Shown here piece by piece: positions 17,764-26,540 of a stretch of DNA of 64,000 nucleotides. Position 1 is the first letter of the stretch. Every line of letters starts with the position of its first letter. The notes below the pieces were generated by a model. The model was not told where the DNA came from. It did no database searches and worked only from the letters and a program-made list of their open reading frames with translations. Where the stretch lies: positions 127-64,126 of the forward strand of contig JAQYLE010000065.1 in NCBI GenBank assembly GCA_028720205.1. Reading direction: 5' to 3'. The stretch comes from Clostridia bacterium (GTDB lineage Bacteria > Bacillota > Clostridia > Christensenellales > Borkfalkiaceae). Both the position numbers and the translations under genes were made by a program.

Positions 17764-19251
17764 TTACTGAATTTTAACGAAGTCGCTCTTTTGCAGATTT
17801 TCAAAGAGCAAAGTTTCTTCCTTGCCGCTTCTTATCACGGTGATTTCAATGGTATCGCCCGCCCGCGCGTATAAAATCGCGTTCTGGAAATCAGCGCGAA
17901 GATTAACGGTTTTATTGATAATATCCGTACCTTCGCGAATAATTTTCACCGCCGAAATTTCGTCGCCTTCTTTGAATATTCCAACGCCGAGTCCCGTATC
18001 CTCCAACGAGGAAACCGTCAACGTTTCCTTCAGTACAAGTTTATTTTTTCCCTCGTCCCATTCGTTGCGCGGATTACCGGCGAAAAGATTTATGCCGAAA
18101 TAAGGTTTGCTCGCCCAGCCGATTTTTCCCGTATTGCTTGTAGATTCGTGCGAATATATTATGTTTTGCGCTATCGCTTCCACGTCCGCGATCGGCAACG
18201 CATACCCCATATTTTCAATCGCCGTTCCCGAAGACGACGAGGTGGATTTCGCGTTGACTATCCCCACCAGTTCGCCCGCCGCGTTAAACAAGCCGCCGCC
18301 CGAATTGCCGGGGTTGATGGCGGTATCCGTGCGCAACACGTGAAACGCAGTCGTCGTTGATTCGTCGGCGGCGGTCATCGTAATGTATTCCGATTCCACG
18401 GAAACCGCGCCTGCCGAAACGGAAATGCCACTACCGGAAGCGTTGCCTATGGCGTATACTTTTTCGCCCGCCGTCACGCCGTTTTTCGACGTTACCGCCT
18501 GCGTCGCCGTGCTGTTTTTTAATATTTCGCTTCCTTCCACTTTCAATACCGCCACGTCGTACAGCATAGATCCGCCCACGTAACTTGCCGAAACGGCGGT
18601 TCCGGAAGTATCCGTATAGCCGATCTGTTTTCCCGAAGCGTTGGTTTTGGCGGAAAGATAATTTTTACCCACGGCACCGTACAAATACACGAAAATATTG
18701 CTGTTATCCACAAACCCGTTTCCGTTATCGTAAGCCTCGTCCACTAATTCTCCGTTCTGCGCGTATTTATCGTATATAACATGATAATTGGTAAGAATAT
18801 AGGCGTTGCCGCTATCGTTCATCCGGTAAATCACGCCGCTTCCCGCAGAAATACCCCAACTGTACGTAAATCTTCCCCAGTTGTACGATACGTTGCACAA
18901 TCCGCAGTAAATCGATACGGCGGAAGTAAGATTTTTTGCAATCTGCTGCGTGTTGTTGTTTTCGTTATATTCCACTTGCAGATATTCCTGCAAGAAGTCG
19001 TTGAACGATTTGTTTGCGTTCCCGTCTTTTTCTTTCCACGATTCGTAAATATCGTCGATGGTTATGCTTTCGGCGTCTTTTCCATCGGAACCTTTCAACG
19101 AGGCGATCCATTCCGCCTCCGTTCCCTGAAACCCTTGGCTTACCGCGATATCGTACGCCGATTTCGCCTCTAAATTACACGAAGAAAACCCTATCGCCGT
19201 CACTGCGGCAAGTAGCGCGCAAACCGCCGTTTTCAACGTTCTTTTTTTCAT
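17764..19251 (-). CDS. Trypsin-like (S1C/HtrA-like) serine protease lipoprotein with C-terminal PDZ-like region
   Basis: 495 aa. Signal peptide plus lipobox (AIGFSSC). Catalytic blocks TNYHVI, D (YDVAVLKV) and TDTAINPGNSGGGLF. Confidence 0.85.
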   Translation of the reverse strand: MKKRTLKTAVCALLAAVTAIGFSSCNLEAKSAYDIAVSQGFQGTEAEWIASLKGSDGKDAESITIDDIYESWKEKDGNANKSFNDFLQEYLQVEYNENNNTQQIAKNLTSAVSIYCGLCNVSYNWGRFTYSWGISAGSGVIYRMNDSGNAYILTNYHVIYDKYAQNGELVDEAYDNGNGFVDNSNIFVYLYGAVGKNYLSAKTNASGKQIGYTDTSGTAVSASYVGGSMLYDVAVLKVEGSEILKNSTATQAVTSKNGVTAGEKVYAIGNASGSGISVSAGAVSVESEYITMTAADESTTTAFHVLRTDTAINPGNSGGGLFNAAGELVGIVNAKSTSSSSGTAIENMGYALPIADVEAIAQNIIYSHESTSNTGKIGWASKPYFGINLFAGNPRNEWDEGKNKLVLKETLTVSSLEDTGLGVGIFKEGDEISAVKIIREGTDIINKTVNLRADFQNAILYARAGDTIEITVIRSGKEETLLFENLQKSDFVKIQ

Positions 19252-19438
19252 AATCTCTATTCCTCCGATCCGCTGTTTCCGTCTCTTTTTTTTCTATCAA
19301 CAGAGTATTTTATTCTTCATTTCAATATTATACCCGCTTTTTTGCTCGCCGTTTTACGATTTTTTGAAAAGTAGGTGAATTTTTTACGATTTTTCCGAAC
19401 GACGCCCCGTTTTTGCTGTAATCCGGCGCGGCGAAAAA

Positions 19439-19478
19439 CGTACCGCTCTGCCGTTATACGTACCGCTCTGCCGTTATA
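19439..19478. repeat. Perfect 20-bp tandem duplication spanning a stop codon
   Basis: CGTACCGCTCTGCCGTTATA at 19439-19458 is identical to 19459-19478. The second copy contains the TAA of the HD-domain gene (19474-19476). Confidence 0.95.
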
Positions 19479-20091
19479 AATTTTCCAACTCGTCTAAACT
19501 GAGCGAAAACGACGGAACGAATTTTTCAAAAAAGTATTCCACTTCGGGCATGTTTCTCTTGTGCAGGTCCTCTTCGATCGAGGCTTTCGCCTTTAAAAAT
19601 TCCGCGTTGCCGCCGCGTATTTCTTCTAAGCATTTCACATACGCCGAAAGCCTGTCCGCGGCTTTTACGATTTTATATTCCTCGCTCTCTTCATCCGCCA
19701 GAACGTAAGGAGCGATACCGTCGCGGATTTCTTCGGGCAGCGTGGCGGCGATTTTTTCGCACGCAATTTTTTCCAGGTCTTTATACGCGCCGCGTATACC
19801 GCGGTTGTAATATTTCACCGGCGTGGGCAGATCGCCCGTCATCACTTCGGCGGTTTCGTGATACAACGCGTATAAAACCGCTTTGCCCGCGTCCGCCTTG
19901 CCGCCGAACAACTCATTTTTTATCGTAACCAGCGCATGCGTAAAAAGCGCCACGCTCTGGGAATGTTCCATAATGTTTTCGTCCCGCGTGCAGCGCATCA
20001 GTTGCCAGCGGCGGATAAATTTCATTCTGTCTAAATAGGCGTAAAAATCGTAACGCTTTTCTTCCGTTTTACCGTTTTTGTTCTCTTCCAT
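19474..20091 (-). CDS. HD-domain 5'-deoxynucleotidase (YfbR-like)
   Basis: 205 aa. RWQLMRCTRDENIMEHS... and YHETAEVMTGDLPTPVK blocks typical of YfbR-type HD phosphohydrolases. Confidence 0.75.
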   Translation of the reverse strand: MEENKNGKTEEKRYDFYAYLDRMKFIRRWQLMRCTRDENIMEHSQSVALFTHALVTIKNELFGGKADAGKAVLYALYHETAEVMTGDLPTPVKYYNRGIRGAYKDLEKIACEKIAATLPEEIRDGIAPYVLADEESEEYKIVKAADRLSAYVKCLEEIRGGNAEFLKAKASIEEDLHKRNMPEVEYFFEKFVPSFSLSLDELENL

Positions 20092-20211
20092 AGTTTTTTC
20101 CTCCGTTTTGCCCGTTTTTTACCTTTATTTCTTCGTTTAAATTCTCTGTTGCGGCAGCGAATCCGTCGCGTTTTTTATTTTTGTTTTTTTAGGCAAACCG
20201 CCTTATTTTTG

Positions 20212-20240
20212 TTGACAAACGCCGCGCATTCTTCTATAAT
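20212..20240 (+). promoter_or_regulatory. Consensus SigA promoter of the TPP riboswitch-thiT unit
   Basis: TTGACA (20212-20217), 17-nt spacer, TATAAT (20235-20240). Confidence 0.6.
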
Positions 20241-20296
20241 GTTATCGCAAGCCGCAAAGCAATGCTTTTGCCGTGCGGCAGGCGAAATACAATTTC

Positions 20297-20374
20297 ATCC
20301 GTCGTGGGTGCTGTAAAAGGCTGAGATCATACCATTTGAATCGGACGGGATAATCCCCGAACGAAAGAACGATG
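20297..20374 (+). promoter_or_regulatory. TPP (THI-box) riboswitch aptamer
   Basis: GGGTGC...GGCTGAGA...ACC...GAATCGGACGGGATAATCCCCGAACG matches the conserved THI-box core (CUGAGA; ACCUGAUCUGGAUAAUGCCAGCG). It lies upstream of a ThiT-type transporter. Confidence 0.8.
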
Positions 20375-20401
20375 TAAAAACGCTCCGTTATGCTTATTTT
20401 T

Positions 20402-20430
20402 CCGCTCACGTTTCGCGTGCGCGGTTTTTT
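20402..20430 (+). terminator. Riboswitch expression-platform terminator
   Basis: CCGCTCACG-TTTCG-CGTGCGCGG (8 of 9 bp) followed by TTTTTT, 56 nt before the ATG. Confidence 0.65.
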
Positions 20431-20486
20431 ATTGCCGAAGCGCATCAAGTTTTTGCAAAATCCGACGGAAAAGGAGAAAAACTTTT

Positions 20487-21746
20487 ATGTCATCTTTACT
20501 GCTCTCTTCCTATCTTCAGAAGGTATACGACGAAAACGACAAACGTATCGGATACCTTTACGAAGAACTCTGGACGGAATACGCTTCCTCGTTGCTCGGC
20601 AAAGTGTTTCTGTTCTCCGCGTTGTTTTTAGCCGTAGCGCTGATTGTGGTGGGCGTGTTCGTGCGCAAGAAAAAAGCGGAAAACATGCCCGCGTTTTTAA
20701 AAACCGCCGCGACGGTTGCCGTTACGTTCGCTCTTACGGTAATCGTAACGATGCTGGCGATAGGCTTCGGCAAAATCGGCGAAAAAGGCTATATGTCGGA
20801 AAAGCCTATGCTGTTGGTACTCGTTCCGCCGATGATTCTCGCCGCAATCGCCGTGCTCGGCGGCGTCGCAACGTATATTGCGTTCCTGTATTCGAAAAAA
20901 GCGGGAAAAACGGCGCTCAACGTAACGTTCGGCGCGCTTGCCGCCGCCCTTATCGCCGCTTTCGTATGCCTGCTGGTATACTTCAACCGGAACGTGAAAA
21001 ACGACGGCTATTACGATACGGCGGACGGCTCTTACGGCACCGTGAATCAATTGATTTTGTATGTAGCCGCCGCGCTGCTTATTATCGTTGCGCTTGCCGC
21101 CGCGTTTCTTACCGATAAAAACGGAACGTTCTCTTTTAACAGCAAAAGCCTTGCTCTTGCGGGCGTCTGCGTTTCTCTGTCGTTCGCGCTTTCATACATC
21201 AAACTCTGGGATCTGCCCCAAGGCGGCAGCGTAACGCTTGTTTCCCTGCTTCCCGTCATGCTCTTTTCGTACCTTTGCGGCACGAAGAAAGGCGTATTCG
21301 TCGGGCTTGTATACGGATTGTTGCAATCCTTGCAAGATCCGTACATCATTCACCCCGCGCAGTTTTTACTGGACTACCCCGTGGCTTTTGCCATGGCCGG
21401 TCTGGCGGGCGCGTTGAAAAACGTTAAATTGAAATTGCCGCAGATTAAATTCGCGCTCGGCGCGCTGACGGCGGGAATCATGCGCTATATCTCGCACACG
21501 GTTTCCGGCGTGTTCGCGTTCAGCGCGTACGCGATCGACGCGGGTGCGACAAACGCGTTCGTATACAGCGCGGCGTATAATTCATTCGTATTTATCGACG
21601 TGCTGCTCGTGATTGTAGCGGGCGTTCTTCTCTTCTCTTCCAAAGCCTTCGTTGCGGAAACGAAAAAATTCGACGTTCTTTCCCGCCCCGAAAAAACGGC
21701 CGACGGACAGAACGAGGCAGACGCGACGTCCGCGCGGGAAAAATAA
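20487..21746 (+). CDS. thiT: Thiamine transporter ThiT/YuaJ-like domain fused to an N-terminal polytopic extension
   Basis: 419 aa. SD AAGGAG. The C-terminal ~200 aa resemble ECF S-component ThiT (LALAGVCVSLSFALSYIKLWDLPQGGSVTL...). The N-terminal ~200 aa are extra TM helices. Confidence 0.75.
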   Translation: MSSLLLSSYLQKVYDENDKRIGYLYEELWTEYASSLLGKVFLFSALFLAVALIVVGVFVRKKKAENMPAFLKTAATVAVTFALTVIVTMLAIGFGKIGEKGYMSEKPMLLVLVPPMILAAIAVLGGVATYIAFLYSKKAGKTALNVTFGALAAALIAAFVCLLVYFNRNVKNDGYYDTADGSYGTVNQLILYVAAALLIIVALAAAFLTDKNGTFSFNSKSLALAGVCVSLSFALSYIKLWDLPQGGSVTLVSLLPVMLFSYLCGTKKGVFVGLVYGLLQSLQDPYIIHPAQFLLDYPVAFAMAGLAGALKNVKLKLPQIKFALGALTAGIMRYISHTVSGVFAFSAYAIDAGATNAFVYSAAYNSFVFIDVLLVIVAGVLLFSSKAFVAETKKFDVLSRPEKTADGQNEADATSAREK

Positions 21747-21821
21747 AATAAACCGTCGGCGTAAATAAAGTAAGCCGTCGGCGTAGAAACAGCCGTCGTC
21801 CGCTTTCCTTGCGGGCGGCGG

Positions 21822-22322
21822 TTATTCTACGCCGATTTCCGCCAGAACGGCGCCGCTGAGCACGATTTTCTTCGCCGCCGTATCCACGCTTTTCACTACG
21901 CCGCGCACGGCGGGAAAGCGCAATTCCTTCTCGCCGTTTTTCACGGTGTAAACGTCGGATGAAAGCGTCGCCACGTCCGTTAAAACGCCGAGTTTTTCGC
22001 CGCCGTCGGCGTAAACTTCGCAACCGAGAAGGTCCGCGATATAATACGTGCCCTCGTCCAGCGGCGGCACGTCCGCGCGTTCCGCTTCCACGCTTTTTCC
22101 GCGAAGAAGTTCGGCGGCGTTGCGGTCGGGAATGCCGCGAAGCCCTAAATACGCAATTCCCTCCTCGCCCGCACGAAAGGAAAGCACTTTGTATTCCGTT
22201 CCCCCGATAAACACACGCCGAATCTGTTTTAACGGCGTGTTTTCGTCGGTAAACGTCTTTATTTTCAGTTCGCCGCGAATCCCCTGCGGCTTTAATACTT
22301 CGCCCACAACCAGTCTTTCCAT
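21822..22322 (-). CDS. rimM: 16S rRNA processing protein RimM
   Basis: 166 aa. VGEVLKPQGIRGELKIK N-terminus and a PRC-barrel C-terminus. Confidence 0.9.
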   Translation of the reverse strand: MERLVVGEVLKPQGIRGELKIKTFTDENTPLKQIRRVFIGGTEYKVLSFRAGEEGIAYLGLRGIPDRNAAELLRGKSVEAERADVPPLDEGTYYIADLLGCEVYADGGEKLGVLTDVATLSSDVYTVKNGEKELRFPAVRGVVKSVDTAAKKIVLSGAVLAEIGVE

Positions 22323-22536
22323 TTCCGCTTAACTCCCTCTCTTGTTTCTCTCTTGCCCGTTCGGCGCTTTTTTCTCCTCACGCCGTGTCCGCCTGTCCGC
22401 CGTCTGCCCGATTATCGGTTATTTCCGCCTTTTTTATAAGCGGAAAAAGGGCTTTACCTTAACGGAAAGCCTTTTGTAAACGGCGCGCTTTATACAATAC
22501 GGCGGAGCGCAAAAACGCGCTCCGCGCACGAACGCT

Positions 22537-22803
22537 TTATTCTTCGTCGTCCTTATCCGTTTTGTCTCCGCCTTTCTCGCGGATTTCTATCACGTAACGT
22601 TTAGACCCGGCGGGCGTAGCGGCGCGAACGATCGTGCGCATCGCTTTGGCGATCTTGCCCTGCCGGCCGATCACCTTGCCCATATCCGAAGGGGAAAGAG
22701 AAATGCTGACTTCAATCGCGCGATCTTTTTCCGTCACGTCGTAGGAAACGTTTTCCTTATCCTCGGCAAACTGGTCTACGATATATTTAATCAATTCCAG
22801 CAT
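22537..22803 (-). CDS. KH-domain RNA-binding protein (YlqC-type)
   Basis: 88 aa from ATG 22803 (SD AAGGAG). GKVIGRQGKIAKAMRTIV KH motif. Conserved position between rpsP and rimM. Confidence 0.85.
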   Translation of the reverse strand: MLELIKYIVDQFAEDKENVSYDVTEKDRAIEVSISLSPSDMGKVIGRQGKIAKAMRTIVRAATPAGSKRYVIEIREKGGDKTDKDDEE

Positions 22804-22844
22804 AGTACACTCCTTATCCGATTTGCAGAAAATCGCGGGCAAGA

Positions 22845-23141
22845 TTATTTCTTATCGGTCTTCTTGCCTTTGGTTTTGGACGGACTGAGTTTTTCCGATT
22901 TTTCAATCACGCCCGCCTTCACAAGCAGATTTTTCACCGTTTCGGTGGGCTGTACGCCTTTTTTAATCCAATCCTTCGCCTTGTCCGCGTCGATGGTGAG
23001 TTCCACGGGATCTACGGTAGGACGATAATGCCCGACGCATTCGATGTATTCGCCCGTCGCCGCCTTTCTTGCGTCCACAACCACTACGCGGTAGATAGGA
23101 TTTCTCTTATCGCCGAGTCTTACAAGTCTCATTTTTACCAT
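22845..23141 (-). CDS. rpsP: 30S ribosomal protein S16
   Basis: MVKMRLVRLGDKRNPIYRVVVVDARK..., with a Lys-rich C-terminal tail. SD GGAGG. Confidence 0.95.
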   Translation of the reverse strand: MVKMRLVRLGDKRNPIYRVVVVDARKAATGEYIECVGHYRPTVDPVELTIDADKAKDWIKKGVQPTETVKNLLVKAGVIEKSEKLSPSKTKGKKTDKK

Positions 23142-23230
23142 TGTTTTATACCTCCGAAGTATATAAAAATTTTTTTATTTTGTTGAATTTTTATCGGAAT
23201 CGTTATCAAATTCCCGTTGAAACGCGCCTG

Positions 23231-24550
23231 TTAAAAGGGCAGGCGGATACGCCCTTTGTTTCCCCTTAATTGCCGCATCACCTGTTTCGTCTGATCGAAC
23301 TGTTTCAGTAGTTTGTTCACGTCCTGCACGGTAGTGCCGCTGCCTGCGGCAATACGGCGCTTGCGTCTGCTTTCTATAATCGCGGGATTTTCGCGCTCCG
23401 CGGGCGTCATCGATAAAATAATCGCCTTGGTGCGTTCCATCTGCTTTTCGTCGATATCGTCTTCGGAAACTTTCAACTTTCCCGCGCCGGGCAGCATACC
23501 CAGCATCGATTTCGCCCCGCCCATTTTCTGCATCATGGCGAACTGTTCGAGGTAATCGTTCAGCGTAAACGCACCCTCTTTCATTTTCTGCTGCATTTTT
23601 TTGGCGTCCTCTTCGGTAATCGCCTGCTGCGCCTTTTCGATAAGCGAGAGCACGTCGCCCATACCTAAGATACGCGAAGCCATGCGGTCGGGATAAAACG
23701 GTTCCAGATCTTCGCACTTTTCGCCCACGCCGATAAACTTGATGGGCTTTCCCGTCACTTTTTTTACGGAAAGGCATGCGCCGCCGCGCGTATCGCCGTC
23801 CAGTTTGGTTAAAATCACGCCCGTGATATCCAACCGACTATTAAACGTTTCGGCAACGTTCACCGCCTCCTGCCCCGTCATCGCGTCCACTACCAGAAGC
23901 GTTTCGGTTACGTCGATTTCTCTTTTAACGCTTTCGAGTTCCTGCATCAGGGTTTCGTCGATCTGCAATCTTCCCGCGGTATCTAAAATCACGGTGTCGT
24001 ATCCCATCGATCCGGCGTATTCTATCGCCTGTTTCGCGGTTTTTACGGGCGACTGCGTACCTTTTTCAAACACTTCCGCGCCCGCTTTTCCGCCCACTAC
24101 CTGCAACTGCGAAATCGCCGCGGGGCGGTAAATATCTCCGGCGACAAGCAAGGGTTTTTTACCCTGCTTTTTTAAAAGATACGCAAGTTTTCCGCACAGC
24201 GTGGTTTTGCCCGCGCCCTGCAAGCCGCACATCATAATCACCGTAGGCGGCTTGGGCGAAACTTCTAATTTCGCATTCTTTCCGCCCATCAGCGCGATAA
24301 GTTCCTCGTTTACGATTTTTATCACCTGCTGCGCGGGATTCAGCGATTTTAAAATCTCCTGCCCCACGGCTTTTTCCGAAACTTCGGCGATAAACTCCTT
24401 CGCCACTTTCAAATTGACGTCCGCCTCCAACAGCGCCACGCGCACTTCGCGCATCGCTCCGCGAATTTCAAGTTCCGTCAATTTCCCTCGCTTGGTCAGT
24501 TTGGAAAATATGTGATTCAGCCGTTCGGAAAGCGAAGCAAACAATGCCAT
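23231..24550 (-). CDS. ffh: Signal recognition particle protein Ffh
   Basis: 439 aa. G-domain motifs GLQGAGKTT, DTAGR, TKLDGD, and a Met-rich M domain. Confidence 0.95.
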   Translation of the reverse strand: MALFASLSERLNHIFSKLTKRGKLTELEIRGAMREVRVALLEADVNLKVAKEFIAEVSEKAVGQEILKSLNPAQQVIKIVNEELIALMGGKNAKLEVSPKPPTVIMMCGLQGAGKTTLCGKLAYLLKKQGKKPLLVAGDIYRPAAISQLQVVGGKAGAEVFEKGTQSPVKTAKQAIEYAGSMGYDTVILDTAGRLQIDETLMQELESVKREIDVTETLLVVDAMTGQEAVNVAETFNSRLDITGVILTKLDGDTRGGACLSVKKVTGKPIKFIGVGEKCEDLEPFYPDRMASRILGMGDVLSLIEKAQQAITEEDAKKMQQKMKEGAFTLNDYLEQFAMMQKMGGAKSMLGMLPGAGKLKVSEDDIDEKQMERTKAIILSMTPAERENPAIIESRRKRRIAAGSGTTVQDVNKLLKQFDQTKQVMRQLRGNKGRIRLPF

Positions 24551-24640
24551 TTTTCCATAACCTCCTTGCTTTTTTTGTGCCTTTTATCTGCCGCGCGTAT
24601 TTTATCGGCGACGAATATTCGTCGTTTCGTCCCGGCGATA

Positions 24641-24991
24641 TTACTTCTCCGTTTTACCCGATTCGCCGTCAAGCAGCGTTTCGCGCAATTCGCCCGGCAC
24701 GCCCCGCAACGAATTCAATGCGTCTTTCACCCGTCCGCGATAAGCGGCAAACTCCTCCCGGAGCGCAATCAGCGAAAGTTTATCCTCGTACTCTTTCATC
24801 TGCTCGCAGGCGGTACGCAGACAGTCGGATACGCTCTGCCGCGAAATTCCCTTTTCTTCGCCGATTTCGCCCAAAGAGAGGTCGTATTCCAGATACAGCG
24901 AACAGATTTCCCGTTGTTTTTCGGTAAGCAGTTCCCCGTACGTATCGAACAGTTTTGTAAACGCGCCCTCTTTTTCAGTGCGTACGTCCAT
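24641..24991 (-). CDS. ylxM: YlxM/UPF0122 putative DNA-binding protein
   Basis: 116 aa from ATG 24991. HTH LSLGEIGEEKGISRQSVSD. Classical position upstream of ffh. Confidence 0.85.
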   Translation of the reverse strand: MDVRTEKEGAFTKLFDTYGELLTEKQREICSLYLEYDLSLGEIGEEKGISRQSVSDCLRTACEQMKEYEDKLSLIALREEFAAYRGRVKDALNSLRGVPGELRETLLDGESGKTEK

Positions 24992-25111
24992 ACCGCGCCC
25001 CCGTTGCTTTTCGTTGCAGAAACATTTTACCAAAAAAAAACGCGCCCGTCAAGTATTTTTACATGACAAGCGCGTTTTTTTCACGACGTTTATTCGTTTT
25101 ATCTGCTTTTT

Positions 25112-26491
25112 TTAAAATAATTGCAGCACGTCCACTAAAATCGCGAAGGCGAACAGCACGATGATGCCGATAAAATGAATGGTGGCTTCCACTTTGCGGT
25201 TGATGGGTTTTTTGCGTATCCACTCTATGATGCAGAACACGATTTTCGAACCGTCCAGCGCGGGAACGGGCAACAGATTGAATACGGCGAGGTTTACGCC
25301 GATAAACGAGGCGATATTCAAAAAATTCTGCCAGCCGCTCGTCGCCTGCTGAGAAGTGACGCGAATGGTGGTAATCGGCCCGCCCATGCTTTTAATGCCT
25401 ATCTTCCCCGTCAGCAGTTGTCCCAGGGAAGACAGCACCATACCCGCCTCTTTTACGGAATACACAAACGAATCGCCGATCTTTTCCCCCAGCCCCGTTT
25501 TCAACGAAAGGGGCGCAAGCGCATACACGCCCAACGCGCGCACCATATACCCCGTTTTGGTGAGCGAATCGAACTCTTCCGAAGATACGGCAAGAACGAT
25601 ACGCAACGTTTTTTCTACGGGCACGCCGTTTTCCTGCCGAAGCACGGTGATTTCGGCGATATCCCCCGCGTTTTTGCCTTTCAGCGCCGCGAGATAATCT
25701 GTGATCAGATAGGTTTTCCGCCCTTCCACGCGCAGTATGACGTCGCCCGTTTCCAGCGTATCGGCGGCTTTCGCGTCGCCGCCCTCGCCTGACGAAAGCG
25801 GCTGAATCGTATGCGTTACCGCCGCCGTTTCTTCCTCTTCCGGTTTTTCTTTCACCACCGTATACACGGGGCGACCGACGGATAAAAACATTACGAAAAT
25901 TAAAAGCAACCCCAGAAGATAATTCATCACAGCGCCCGCAAGCAGTACGATAATACGCTTCCAGGGCGGCTGGTCGTTGAATTTTATCCCTGTCGGTTCG
26001 GGGTAGTTTTTCTCTTCGCGCGCCTCGCTTTTCTTCGCCTCTACCCCTTCCGTTTTGCCTTCCGAAGCGAAATCTTCCGCCTCTGCCCCTTCCGTTTTTA
26101 CCGCCGCACGGGCGCTTTCGTTTAAAAATATCTCTTTGCCGTCGCCCTCGTTGCCGTTCTTTGCAGCCGCGCCCTTCTTTTCCGCCGCGGCTTGTTCTCC
26201 GTCTTTTTTTTGCCCTTTGTCCTCTTCCGTATCGTCTTCGCCGTCGAACGCGCAGTATCCGCCCAGCGGAATTACCCGTACGGCGAAGAGTTCCCCCGTT
26301 TTTTTACTGCGTTTTTTAAATACCGCCGGACCGAATCCCACGGAAAATTCGTTGATTTTAAAGCCGAGAAGTTTTCCCGCGAAGTAGTGCCCGAATTCGT
26401 GTATGGTCACCATGGCAAGCAGCACCGCCACCGCCGCCAATACGCCGCCGACGTTCTTCATCACGTCGGAAAAAGCAAGAAGCGAATTCAT
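25112..26491 (-). CDS. rseP: RIP metalloprotease RseP/RasP (M50 site-2 protease)
   Basis: HEFGHYFAGK zinc motif, a PDZ-like middle region and LPVPALDGS near the C-terminus. Carries a ~90-aa E/K/G/A-rich insertion after IPLGGYCAFDGEDD. Confidence 0.9.
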   Translation of the reverse strand: MNSLLAFSDVMKNVGGVLAAVAVLLAMVTIHEFGHYFAGKLLGFKINEFSVGFGPAVFKKRSKKTGELFAVRVIPLGGYCAFDGEDDTEEDKGQKKDGEQAAAEKKGAAAKNGNEGDGKEIFLNESARAAVKTEGAEAEDFASEGKTEGVEAKKSEAREEKNYPEPTGIKFNDQPPWKRIIVLLAGAVMNYLLGLLLIFVMFLSVGRPVYTVVKEKPEEEETAAVTHTIQPLSSGEGGDAKAADTLETGDVILRVEGRKTYLITDYLAALKGKNAGDIAEITVLRQENGVPVEKTLRIVLAVSSEEFDSLTKTGYMVRALGVYALAPLSLKTGLGEKIGDSFVYSVKEAGMVLSSLGQLLTGKIGIKSMGGPITTIRVTSQQATSGWQNFLNIASFIGVNLAVFNLLPVPALDGSKIVFCIIEWIRKKPINRKVEATIHFIGIIVLFAFAILVDVLQLF

Positions 26492-26540
26492 CGCGTTTTC
26501 TCCTCCATCAATCGATTTTTTTACTGTGTAAACGGAAAAA

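Noticed and set aside
20390-21118. 242-aa plus-strand ORF starting inside the TPP riboswitch expression platform.
   Set aside because: It is Arg-rich nonsense sequence, out of frame with the well-supported ThiT ORF (20487-21746), which has an SD. It also starts within the terminator hairpin.
22502-22525. Perfect 9-bp palindromic hairpin GCGGAGCGC-AAAAAC-GCGCTCCGC just downstream of the KH-protein gene stop, in the gap before rimM.
   Set aside because: There is no U-tract on either strand, so I did not call it a terminator. It may be a stability element, but I have no further evidence.
23175-23777. 200-aa minus-strand ORF overlapping ffh in another frame, and similar out-of-frame ORFs in dxr, cdsA, uppS, rimM and mgtE.
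   Set aside because: They are Arg-rich frame-shifted shadows of well-supported conserved genes, with no independent start signals.
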